This document shows positions 8,637 to 18,223 of a DNA stretch of 64,000 bases, in pieces. Position 1 is the stretch's first letter. Every line of letters starts with the position of its first letter. The stretch is from Candidatus Acidiferrales bacterium (GTDB taxonomy: Bacteria; Acidobacteriota; Terriglobia; Acidiferrales; UBA7541), in contig CAWBOF010000003.1 of NCBI GenBank assembly GCA_963790355.1, forward strand, positions 137,909 through 201,908. The letters run 5' to 3'. The notes beneath the pieces were generated by a model. That model ran no database searches. It was not told the DNA's origin and worked only from the letters and a program-made list of their open reading frames with translations. A program made the position numbers and the translations under genes.

Positions 8637-11600
8637 GGTGCGGGTTCGTAGGGATTCCCGATTATTCGAGGAGCTTTGCGCGGCAGTGCTGCGGCGCGGA
8701 AACGCAGTGCAGTTTCGAGTGAATGGCCAGAGCATGACGCCCAACCTGTTGGACGGGGACGAGGTGCTGGTTGCGCCGGCGAGTGTGGCGGAATTACGCC
8801 GTGGGGACGTAGTGCTTGCGGAAAACGCCGACGGGCTGCGTGTACACAGAATCGATTCGCTGGACGTGAGTTTGGGAACCGCCACGTTGCGCAGTGACAC
8901 GGGGCTGGCAATCGATCCGCCTGCGTCGCGAGTGTTTGGAAGAGTTGTGGTGCGCCGACATGGGTCTGAAGAGCAACGTTTCACCGCAGTGCGGACACGC
9001 TTGGTTCATCCGGTGCGGACGCTGGCCCGGCGAGTAAGTGCGGCCGCGAAATTGCGGCTGAAGCGCCTGGGGCTGCTGCTTACGGGAATTGTAGCGCTTG
9101 CACTGGTAGCCTCTTTGTTTGCTGCTCCCGCCGTTCACGCGCAAAGCGCGAATCTTGGAATCACTTCTTACACGGCTACGCCCACACCTGTGCCGCCCGG
9201 GGCATACATCACATACGCGATTGCGGTTAACAACGCTGGCCCAAACACTGCCACCAGGCCCGTGGTTACTACCAGCACTCCGGCCAACACCACTTTTTTT
9301 TCCGCCACGCTGGTGAGTAACACTGGCGGAGGCACTTGGACACCGGCGACTCCCGCCTTGGGTGGAACTGGAACGATTACGTTTACCCGCTCCGCAAATA
9401 TGCTGGATGGCAGCACGGCTACATTTTCGGTCGTTGTCCTTGTGACTGGAGCCGCTCCGAACGGCGCTCTTAGCGACACGGTTACGATTGCTTCGACTAC
9501 AAACGATCCTACGCCTGGAAACAACACCGCAACCGCGTCGGTTACGGTGTCGGCAGCGGACCTTTCGGTGACGCAAAGCGCGGCGCCGAACCCTGTGGTT
9601 TCTGGCGGCGATATCACCTACACCGAGAGCGTGACGAATAACGGCACGACTTCGTCGTACGGGGCGACCTTGGCGCAGAGCACCCCGACGAATACGACCT
9701 TTGTGTCGGCGACGCCTGCTACCGGCTGGACGTGCCCGACCACACCAGTGGCGGGCGGGACCGGGACGATTACTTGCACTGCGGGCGCAGCCATTGCGTC
9801 GGGAACGACGAGCACCGCATTTTCGATTGTTGTGGCCGTCAATGCCGCGACGCCTGCGGGCACAAATATTACGAACATCTCGACAGTCAGTGAAACGGGT
9901 ACAGACCCCACGCCCGGGAACAATACGGCAAGCACTACGGTGACCGTGGCGCCTACGGACCTTTCGTTGACGCAAACGGCCTTGCCCGCTGTGGCTGCGC
10001 CGAGCACGAATTACACGTATTCCGAAATTGTCGGGAACAACGGTCCGACGTATGCAGGTACCGGAACGATCACCGTTTCGACGCAAACTCCGACCGGCGC
10101 GACCTATCAGTCTTATGCAGGGACGAACTGGACATGCACGACTCCTGCCGTGGGCGGCAGCGGCTCCATCCTGTGCACGTACAATGCAGCGCTGGCTAAT
10201 GGCGCAACGGCGAGTACGCTTACGTTGACGATGCAGGTCGCCGCGGCTACGACGTTGGGCACGCTCATTCAAAATTCCGCTACCGTTGCCGACACTGTAT
10301 TTACAGACCCGTACCCGTCCAACAACACGAGCACAAGTTCTATCACCGTGGAGCCGGCCGGCACAGCCGATCTGGCGCTTATAGAAACTGTTTCTCCGGA
10401 CACTGTTGCCGCGGGCACGAACTACCTCTACACGGAAACAGTCACCGACAACGGCCCAACCGCCGCAACGACCGGGACGATCTCTGTTTCGACACAAACT
10501 CCGCCGAACACAACGTATCAAGCTTCTGCCGGAACCAATTGGACCTGCACCACTCCCGCTGTGGGGGCCACCGGAAACATCGTTTGCACGTACAACGCTG
10601 CGCTGGCAGTCAGCGGCACTACGAGCGCGTTGACCGTCACAGTGGAGGTGAATGCCGGGACCGCGTCCGGGACGGTAATTCAGAACTCCGCCACGGTTGC
10701 GAATTCAGCGCTGACGGACCCAATTTCGTCCAACAATACCAGCACAACCACGGTCACGGTTGAAGCCGCCGGTACTGCCGATCTTCAGCTCACGCAAGTG
10801 GCTTCGGCCTCCGCTGTCGCCGCAGGGGACAATTACGTCTACACCGAAACGGTGATCGATAACGGTCCAACGGCCGCTGCGACCGGGACCATCACCGTTT
10901 ATTTGCAAACGCCTGCGAACACGAACTTTCAAGGTGATGCGGGAACAAATTGGACCTGTACCGCTCCAGCCGTTGGAGGCAGCGGGCCTGTTATTTGCAC
11001 ATACAACGCCGCGCTGGCCAGCGGCGCGACTGCCAGTGCGCTGACTGTCACCTTTCAGGTGACCAGTGGAACTGCTGCAGGCACAACGATTCAATCGTCC
11101 GCTACGGTTACGAATTCCACGCTCGTCGATCCTATTCCGGCGAACAACACCAGCATTACGTCCATCGTTGTTGAGCCTACGACCAGCTCGGACCTGGGTC
11201 TGTCCATGTCTGTTGCGCCGACGCCTGTATTCATCTCTTCGAATCTCACGTACACCATCCTGGTTCAGAACCTGGGGCAACTGAGCGCGCCGGTTACGGC
11301 AAACGTTCTGACGGACACGCTGCCTGCCAGCGTTACGTTTGTATCCGTTAGCCCTTCCCCAGGATGGTCCTGCACGGGCACGACGACCGTTTCCTGCTCC
11401 ATAACGACGCCGATGGCATTGGGCGCGACGGCCGCGATCGCGATTACCGTGACAGCTCCTACCACGGCGAGTACGCTCACGAACACAGCGACGGTCTCTC
11501 TTTCTGGCGATCCAAATTCCGCCAACAACTCGGCGACCGCTTACACGGTTGTTCAGCCTCTGATCTGCGCGACGCCAGGGAAGGACGGTGCCGGAGGCAC

Positions 11601-14600
11601 ATTGACCGGCGTGGTGAACGCGTACTATCCGCCCTCGACCGCCGGGACTCTGGCCGTCGGAGCCACTTCCGTTGCACTGAGTGCCGCGGCGGCAGGCGGC
11701 GCTCAAAAAGGGATTGCGGTTGGAGATCTGCTGCTGATCATCCAAATGCAAGCGGCGGCGATTAACAGCACAAACACGAGTTCCTATGGCGATGGCTTGC
11801 CCGGCGACCCGGCGTCCGGTTCCACCAACCTGGGTAGCAGCGGGTATTTTGAGTTTGCCACGGCGACCAGCGCGGTGCCCGTAACGGGCGGTACGTTGAC
11901 ATTCACTGGGTCTGGCGCGAATGGCGGACTACTCAACGCTTACGTTTTGAATGCGTACTCGGCGACACAAGGGCAACAGACCTATCAGGTGATTCGTGTT
12001 CCCCAATACACGTCGGCAACGCTGAGTTCCGGGCTTGTGCCCCTGGCGTGGAATGGATCTATCGGTGGCGTCCTGGCGATTGACGTGTCTTCGCAGCTCA
12101 CCCTGGGTGGGACGGTCGCTGCGGATGCGCTGGGCTTTCGTGGCGGCGGCGGGAGGATCCTTGCAGGTGGCACCGGGGCTAGCACCGATTACGTAACCTT
12201 GTCCACCGACGCTACGAACGGATCGAAGGGTGAGGGAATTGCGGGCACGCCTCGCTACCTTGCACCGGCGACCATCACAACGACTACGACCGCTACAGAT
12301 AACACTGTGGAAGGATTTCCTAACGGGAGCTATGCCCGTGGCGCACCGGGCAACGCGGGTGGCGGCGGTACCGATGGCAACCCACCCGCCAACAGTTACA
12401 ACTCCGGTGGCGGCGCAGGCGCCAACGCTGGCGGCGGCGGACTTGGCGGCTATGGCTGGAACAGTTTTACGGCGCTCAACTCAACTGACGGCGGGTTCGG
12501 TGGCGCAGCCTTCCCTGCATCAACGAGCGCTCTGGTCATGGGCGGTGCGGGCGGTGCGGGCACGACCAATGACGGATCCTATTACATCACGGGCACGAAT
12601 CACGGCGCGGATTGTGGCGCCACTTGCACTGGAATTTATAGCAGCGGCGGCGCGGGCGGCGGTATCGTCATCGTGCACACGGGCTCCGTGGTCGGCACCG
12701 GAACGATAACGTCGAACGGCCAATCGACTCTGAGCACGGACAACGACAGCACCGGTGGCGGCGGCGCCGGTGGTTCTATTCTCTTCTTCGCCAACAGCGG
12801 CACACTGAGCGGGCTCACGGTCAGCGCCAACGGTGGATCGGCAGGAAATGCCTGGCCCGAGGAAGCCCCAGGTGGTTTTCCTGGCCAGCGTCACGGCCCC
12901 GGCGGTGGTGGCGGTGGCGGCGTCATTCTTTTGTCGGGTACGCCCACAGCGAGCAGCGTTTCGGGTGGCAGCAATGGGTACACCGATACGGTACAAGACT
13001 CCTACGGCGCAACGCCCGGTCAACCGGGTTTTATCCTGACGACCAACGTAATTACGGAGACGCCTGGAACACAAGCCGGCGCTTATTGTGCGGGAGCCGA
13101 CCTGGCGGTCACGAATTCCGGAGCTCCGCAGGTAGTCGCGCCGGGCGGAAACATCACATACACGCAAACAGTAACGAACAATGGCCCGCTTGATGCGGTG
13201 AACGTAGTCTTCAGCGAAGGCGTACCTGCGAACACAGTCTTTGAGACCATCAGTAACGTTGCAGGATGGACTTGCGCTACGCCCGCAGCGGGCGGAACCG
13301 GAACTATATCCTGCACGAACCCGGCTTTCGCCAATGGGGGAAATGTCAGTTTCACGGTGGTGGTGCAAGTTGGAAGTGGTACAACCAGCGAAACGCAAAT
13401 CGTCGATGTCGACAACGTTACTTCCGGCACTAACGATCCGAACCTAGCTAACAACACCGCGACGGCCATGACGACGGTTGCCACCGCGACGCAAGCGGAC
13501 CTGGCGGTAACCAATACGGCGTCGTCGCCGACGGTCCTTGCCGGCTCTAATTTCACGATGACGGCGGTGGTGACCAACAATGGTCCCGCGACGGCCTCCG
13601 GTTTGGTGTTCACGGAAAACACGGCGAGCAACAGCGCCGCCACGGTGAACGCTACATTCGTTTCGCTGGTGGTACCTAGCGGGTGGGCTTGCAGTATTCC
13701 TACGGCCGGTGCGACCGGCACGATCACGTGCACCATCGCGTCTTTGGCGTCGGGCGGCACTGCCACGTTCCCGATCGTCATGAATGTGCCATCTGGTGCG
13801 GCGTCTGGAGCCGTTCTTTTGGGCACTGCCAACATCGCTGCGTCCACACCCGATCCGAACGCAGGAAATAATGCGGCGACAGCAACAACGACCGTAGCTA
13901 CGACCGGTCAGGCTGATCTTGTGGTGACGAGTTCGGGATTGCCAAATCCGGTGACCCCCGGCAACAACATCACCTATACGCAATCTATTACCAACAATGG
14001 GCCGACGGCCATCACCGCCTCTGGAACTACCACGGTTACGGTTACCGACGCTATCCCGGCAAACACAACGCTGGGAGCCACGTTCACTGCACCCGCGGGA
14101 TGGACGTGCAACACGATTGCTGTCGGTGCCACCGGCACGCTGACTTGCACTTTGAATTCGGGCCAGACGCTGGCGGTCGGAGCGGTTGTGAATTTCCCGC
14201 TGGTGGTGAAGGTGAATACGGCCACAGTCTCCGGCACCACGATCACAAATTCTCCAAACATTGCGAGTTCGGTGAGCGACCCGAATACGGCGAACAATAC
14301 AACGACGGTCACAACGCTGGTCGCGTCTCCGACGCAAGCGGACGTTAGCATCCTGAAGACGGCTGCGCCAGAACCAGTGAACGTAGGAACAAATCTGGCG
14401 TACACGCTGACGATCAAGAATACCGGGCCTGCGGTTGCGCAAAACGTTGTGGTGAATGATCCGTTGCCAGCGCAGGTAACGTACAGCTCATCGTTGACCA
14501 CGGCCGGGTCGTGCACCTACACGGTGGCCACTACTACGGTGAATTGCAGTCTGGGAAGCCTCGGGGTGGGAAGCACGGTGGTGGCGACAATTAATGTAAC

Positions 14601-17373
14601 CGCTGCCACTTTCAGTTCGTTCACGCTTTCGACGAATACGGCGACGGTGAGTTCTTCGACTTCCGATCCGAACCCGGGCAACAACACATCCACTTCGACC
14701 TCTACGATCCAGGCGTCGACCGCTGTGGATGTTTCCTCGTTCAATGCTTATGCGCAGCCCGACGGCACGGTGCGGCTGGTATGGCATACAGAGGAAGAGT
14801 CTCGGAATCTTGGGTTCCACGTGTACCGGGAAGATGGACTAGGTCGCCATCGCGTGGACTCTGCGCTGATCGCCGGATCTGCATTAATCTTGCGCGGTTC
14901 CAGACCGCAACACGCAGCCAAAACCTACGCGGCGGTTGATTTTCAGCCAGCTCCTAACGCGGTCTACTACCTGGAAGATGTGGATATTAATGGCACGCGG
15001 ACACTGCACGGCCCGGTTTACACGGAAGTGACTTCGACGGAGCAAATGCAGGCGCAGGGTATGGCGGCGATGCAAGTTTCTCCTTCGCTCTCCAAGTTCT
15101 ATGCGAGCGCGAGTCCGAGCGCGGTGAGCGGTGCGGCCCATGCAGCGTCTCGGTTGCCGCAACCGGTGCAACCCCAGCCCGTACGGCCGGTGGTCCCGAC
15201 GGGGATCCAGTTGTTTAACGCGGCGGATCATGCGGCCGTCAAAATTTCGGTGGACCAGGAGGGCTGGTATCACATTCCGTTTTCGCAATTGTTCTCAGCG
15301 GGTTTGAGCCCAGCCACGCAACTGAGTTCGCTGCATCTTTATGCGGACGGAGTAGAGCAGCCAATCCTGCTGATGGGCCACACCTCGGGGACGCCGTCGG
15401 CGACCGATGCTATCGAGTTTTATGGCACAGGGATTGATACGCCGTTCTCCGGGGAACGGGTCTACTGGCTGGTTGCCGAAGGTTTCGGTGGCAAGCGCAT
15501 TCTCAGCGCATCCGGCACGCCTTCAGAGGCTCCTGGCGGCGAGAGTTTCCCGTACACGGTCATCCTGCAAGACCGCACTGTTTATTTCACAGCGCTGCTC
15601 AATGGCGAGAATAACGACAACTTCTTTGGGGCGGTTGTTACTTCCGAGCCCGTAGACCAGACGCTGAATGTCGTCCACCGGGACACGATTTCCTTGCAGC
15701 CGCTGATTTTGACACTTGCGCTTCAAGGTGTAACGGACGCGCAACAACACGCCGTGACTGTGCAATTCAACGGCTCTACAGTGGGCACGCTGAATTTCTA
15801 CGGTCAGATCCTTGACGCACAATCCTTCCCGGTCGATCCATCCTTGGTGGTCGATGGGATCAACACGGTTACGCTCACGGCTCTTGACGGAGAAAACGAC
15901 GTCAGCGCAGTGCAATCGATCCAGTTGCAGTATCTGCACACATACGCAGCGGATTCGGATTGGCTGAAAGCCACGGCTGCTTCCGGAACCGATGTACATA
16001 TTTCAGGCTTCTCCAATCCTCAGGTTCGCGTTTTTGACATCACGAATCCGCTGAACATTTTTGAGGTGAACGCGAAGGTTACGGCGGAATCGGATTCCTA
16101 CGGTGTCAGCGCGGCGCTTCCGGGAACCGGAAGTGGCGGGCGCACACTGCTGGCGCTGGCGGCAGATACGCTGTCTTCTCCCGTGGCCATCGTGCCGCAC
16201 ACGCCGACGTTACTGGATCAGGAACGCTCGGGCGCGGATATCGTGATGATCACATATCCGGATTTTGTGTCGCACCTGACGCCGCTCGTGAACCTGCGGG
16301 AAGCGCAGGGGCATACCGTGCAGGTTGTTACCACCGACCAGATATTTGACGACTACAACTACGGGGAGCGCAGCCCATTCGCGGTGCGCAGCTTTTTGCA
16401 GAACGCTGTGGGCCGGTGGCAGCGAAAACCGCAAGCGGTGCTGTTAGTTGGCGACGCGTCTATGGATCCCAGGAATTATCTGGGCTTTGGGGACTTCGAC
16501 TTTGTGCCCACGCGGATTATCGAGACCGCGGCAATGAAGACGGCTTCCGATGACTGGTTCACGGACTTTGTGCAAAACGGTTACGCCACGATTGCAACGG
16601 GGCGCTTGCCGGCACGCACGACTTCGGACGTGGATCTTATGGTTTCGAAGATCGTGGGATATGAGCAGGGCACATACGCAGGGTCCTGGAATTCGCAGGC
16701 GGTCCTCATCGCAGACCAAAACGTTGACGCGAACTTTACTTCGGCGGCGACTTCGGCAGCATCCGCGCTGCCTTCCTCGCTCCAGACATCGCAAATCCTT
16801 GCGGACGGGATTGATCCCTCGACGGTCCACGCCGAGATTCTTGAGGCCCTCAACAATGGCGCCTTGCTCGTCGATTACAGCGGGCATGGAGCGGAACAAC
16901 AGTGGTCGTTTGTCGACCTGTTCGACAACACGGATGTGGCAACGCTTTCCAATGGCGGACGGCTGCCGGTGTACCTGCTGATCGATTGTCTGAACGGACT
17001 TTTCCAGGACGTTTACGCCCAGAGCCTGGCGAAGGCCTTAATCCTTGCTCCGAATGGCGGCGCGGTTGCGGTATGGGCTTCTTCTGGATTCACGAATGAG
17101 CCACCGCAGGATTCCATGAACCTTGCATTGTTGCAGCAACTGGCTGTGTATCCCAACGATCCTTTGGGGCTTTTGATCCTGAACGCCAAGAATGTGACAA
17201 CGGACAACGATGTCCGGCGCACCTGGGTGTTGTTGGGAGATCCGAGCATGAAGTTGCATTTCGGAGTTTCCGGTTCTTCGACGGCGGCTACAAAGAAAGT
17301 TTCGGCCCCATCCACACGGGGGATTGCGGTGAACAAGTGCCTGAACGAGATCACTTGTGGCAAGGAGAAATGA
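8623..17373 (+). CDS. Giant 2916-aa multidomain protein: S24/S26-like peptidase, signal/TM segment, 10 DUF11-type Ig repeats, Gly-rich domain, C25 (gingipain-family) cysteine peptidase
   Basis: N-term GQSMTPNL..GD.V.V...RGDVVL...VHRI; RLKRLGLLL...AVHA|Q; repeats (A)DL.(V)T......V..G.NITYT..V.N.GP...DP..GNN.A; C-term LLVGDAS.DP, SDDWF, GRLP, YSGHG, IDCLNG, GGAVA.WAS, LLGDP. Confidence 0.88.
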   Translation: MRVSEVRVRRDSRLFEELCAAVLRRGNAVQFRVNGQSMTPNLLDGDEVLVAPASVAELRRGDVVLAENADGLRVHRIDSLDVSLGTATLRSDTGLAIDPPASRVFGRVVVRRHGSEEQRFTAVRTRLVHPVRTLARRVSAAAKLRLKRLGLLLTGIVALALVASLFAAPAVHAQSANLGITSYTATPTPVPPGAYITYAIAVNNAGPNTATRPVVTTSTPANTTFFSATLVSNTGGGTWTPATPALGGTGTITFTRSANMLDGSTATFSVVVLVTGAAPNGALSDTVTIASTTNDPTPGNNTATASVTVSAADLSVTQSAAPNPVVSGGDITYTESVTNNGTTSSYGATLAQSTPTNTTFVSATPATGWTCPTTPVAGGTGTITCTAGAAIASGTTSTAFSIVVAVNAATPAGTNITNISTVSETGTDPTPGNNTASTTVTVAPTDLSLTQTALPAVAAPSTNYTYSEIVGNNGPTYAGTGTITVSTQTPTGATYQSYAGTNWTCTTPAVGGSGSILCTYNAALANGATASTLTLTMQVAAATTLGTLIQNSATVADTVFTDPYPSNNTSTSSITVEPAGTADLALIETVSPDTVAAGTNYLYTETVTDNGPTAATTGTISVSTQTPPNTTYQASAGTNWTCTTPAVGATGNIVCTYNAALAVSGTTSALTVTVEVNAGTASGTVIQNSATVANSALTDPISSNNTSTTTVTVEAAGTADLQLTQVASASAVAAGDNYVYTETVIDNGPTAAATGTITVYLQTPANTNFQGDAGTNWTCTAPAVGGSGPVICTYNAALASGATASALTVTFQVTSGTAAGTTIQSSATVTNSTLVDPIPANNTSITSIVVEPTTSSDLGLSMSVAPTPVFISSNLTYTILVQNLGQLSAPVTANVLTDTLPASVTFVSVSPSPGWSCTGTTTVSCSITTPMALGATAAIAITVTAPTTASTLTNTATVSLSGDPNSANNSATAYTVVQPLICATPGKDGAGGTLTGVVNAYYPPSTAGTLAVGATSVALSAAAAGGAQKGIAVGDLLLIIQMQAAAINSTNTSSYGDGLPGDPASGSTNLGSSGYFEFATATSAVPVTGGTLTFTGSGANGGLLNAYVLNAYSATQGQQTYQVIRVPQYTSATLSSGLVPLAWNGSIGGVLAIDVSSQLTLGGTVAADALGFRGGGGRILAGGTGASTDYVTLSTDATNGSKGEGIAGTPRYLAPATITTTTTATDNTVEGFPNGSYARGAPGNAGGGGTDGNPPANSYNSGGGAGANAGGGGLGGYGWNSFTALNSTDGGFGGAAFPASTSALVMGGAGGAGTTNDGSYYITGTNHGADCGATCTGIYSSGGAGGGIVIVHTGSVVGTGTITSNGQSTLSTDNDSTGGGGAGGSILFFANSGTLSGLTVSANGGSAGNAWPEEAPGGFPGQRHGPGGGGGGGVILLSGTPTASSVSGGSNGYTDTVQDSYGATPGQPGFILTTNVITETPGTQAGAYCAGADLAVTNSGAPQVVAPGGNITYTQTVTNNGPLDAVNVVFSEGVPANTVFETISNVAGWTCATPAAGGTGTISCTNPAFANGGNVSFTVVVQVGSGTTSETQIVDVDNVTSGTNDPNLANNTATAMTTVATATQADLAVTNTASSPTVLAGSNFTMTAVVTNNGPATASGLVFTENTASNSAATVNATFVSLVVPSGWACSIPTAGATGTITCTIASLASGGTATFPIVMNVPSGAASGAVLLGTANIAASTPDPNAGNNAATATTTVATTGQADLVVTSSGLPNPVTPGNNITYTQSITNNGPTAITASGTTTVTVTDAIPANTTLGATFTAPAGWTCNTIAVGATGTLTCTLNSGQTLAVGAVVNFPLVVKVNTATVSGTTITNSPNIASSVSDPNTANNTTTVTTLVASPTQADVSILKTAAPEPVNVGTNLAYTLTIKNTGPAVAQNVVVNDPLPAQVTYSSSLTTAGSCTYTVATTTVNCSLGSLGVGSTVVATINVTAATFSSFTLSTNTATVSSSTSDPNPGNNTSTSTSTIQASTAVDVSSFNAYAQPDGTVRLVWHTEEESRNLGFHVYREDGLGRHRVDSALIAGSALILRGSRPQHAAKTYAAVDFQPAPNAVYYLEDVDINGTRTLHGPVYTEVTSTEQMQAQGMAAMQVSPSLSKFYASASPSAVSGAAHAASRLPQPVQPQPVRPVVPTGIQLFNAADHAAVKISVDQEGWYHIPFSQLFSAGLSPATQLSSLHLYADGVEQPILLMGHTSGTPSATDAIEFYGTGIDTPFSGERVYWLVAEGFGGKRILSASGTPSEAPGGESFPYTVILQDRTVYFTALLNGENNDNFFGAVVTSEPVDQTLNVVHRDTISLQPLILTLALQGVTDAQQHAVTVQFNGSTVGTLNFYGQILDAQSFPVDPSLVVDGINTVTLTALDGENDVSAVQSIQLQYLHTYAADSDWLKATAASGTDVHISGFSNPQVRVFDITNPLNIFEVNAKVTAESDSYGVSAALPGTGSGGRTLLALAADTLSSPVAIVPHTPTLLDQERSGADIVMITYPDFVSHLTPLVNLREAQGHTVQVVTTDQIFDDYNYGERSPFAVRSFLQNAVGRWQRKPQAVLLVGDASMDPRNYLGFGDFDFVPTRIIETAAMKTASDDWFTDFVQNGYATIATGRLPARTTSDVDLMVSKIVGYEQGTYAGSWNSQAVLIADQNVDANFTSAATSAASALPSSLQTSQILADGIDPSTVHAEILEALNNGALLVDYSGHGAEQQWSFVDLFDNTDVATLSNGGRLPVYLLIDCLNGLFQDVYAQSLAKALILAPNGGAVAVWASSGFTNEPPQDSMNLALLQQLAVYPNDPLGLLILNAKNVTTDNDVRRTWVLLGDPSMKLHFGVSGSSTAATKKVSAPSTRGIAVNKCLNEITCGKEK
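9955..11187 (+). repeat. Three tandem 411-nt (137-aa) intragenic repeats of a DUF11-like domain
   Basis: Repeat starts at 9955, 10366, 10777 (next domain at 11188) are exactly 411 nt apart; shared TGTI.V..QTP..T.(Y/F)Q..AGTNWTCT.PAVG..G.(I/V).CTYNAALA. Confidence 0.85.
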
Positions 17374-18110
17374 TGAACAGGAAAATGGCTCGCGTGCTGT
17401 TCGGGGTGACATTGGCGGTGTTTGCGTGCAAGACGACCATCGCGCAGACAGCGCAGCAGACGGCCGCGTTGGGACTGGTGGCAAAGAACTCCGGCGGAAA
17501 GATCGGAGACGCGGCGGCAGCGGAAGGATCATCGATTTATTCTGGCGACTACCTCTCCACCTCGGACGATGGATCGCTGCTGGTGCGCATCGGCGCGCTT
17601 TCACTGGAATTGCAAGGTTCCACGGGCGCGCACATTTATCGCGCACCGTATGGCGCAGTAGTGGAACTGAACAGGGGAACGGTGGTCTACACGACGCCGG
17701 GCAACGGGCAGAATCTGGTGATCGTCGCGTCCGACGTGCGCGTAACACCGGTCAGCACGAGTTCGGATCTTGGGCGAGTCACTCAGGATGATCCCTGCAA
17801 TGTGACGGTGTATAGCGAGCGGGGACAAGTGAACGTTCAAGTGGGTTCGGAAAACAAATTGGTGGACCCAAATAAGGCTTACCGAGTTCGCGCCGAAAAT
17901 GAAATTACCTATCGCAAGTATCTTTCACCAGACGCAGACGATTACCACAAATATCATGAGCATAGTCCATGTGCGCCGGTCGAAATGGCCCATGGGCATC
18001 CTCCAATCGCCCCCGGCCAAAGCCGGTTCCTATTGGTGACGGCAGCTTTGCTGGGGACGGGTGCGGGCATTGGCGTCTGGAAGGCGCTCGAGAGCCCAGA
18101 CCGGCCTTGA
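17370..18110 (+). CDS. Exported FecR-like beta-domain protein with C-terminal membrane anchor
   Basis: Start re-set to the ATG overlapping the upstream TGA (AAGGAG RBS); signal peptide; IYSGD.LST...GS, ELNRG.V, V.V..G.V.V FecR-like pattern; C-terminal hydrophobic helix then SPDRP. Confidence 0.6.
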   Translation: MMNRKMARVLFGVTLAVFACKTTIAQTAQQTAALGLVAKNSGGKIGDAAAAEGSSIYSGDYLSTSDDGSLLVRIGALSLELQGSTGAHIYRAPYGAVVELNRGTVVYTTPGNGQNLVIVASDVRVTPVSTSSDLGRVTQDDPCNVTVYSERGQVNVQVGSENKLVDPNKAYRVRAENEITYRKYLSPDADDYHKYHEHSPCAPVEMAHGHPPIAPGQSRFLLVTAALLGTGAGIGVWKALESPDRP

Positions 18111-18142
18111 ATTTGTTTTCGCGAGTTTGCTTTAAACAAAAG

Positions 18143-18180
18143 AACAGGTGCCTCAACCAGCCGGGGCACCTGTTTTTTTT
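18143..18180 (+). terminator. Intrinsic terminator (possibly bidirectional) closing the RiPP/giant-protein operon
   Basis: Stem AACAGGTGCC / GGCACCTGTT followed by a T-run; A-run upstream; lies between convergent genes. Confidence 0.85.
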
Positions 18181-18223
18181 GTGGGAATCTGCGTTTGCCT
18201 TGGCAGTCACAACCGACGACAGA

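Noticed and set aside
9955-11187. CRISPR array or mobile repeat
   Set aside because: The repeats are 411-nt in-frame protein-domain duplications with no short repeat-spacer structure and no cas genes.
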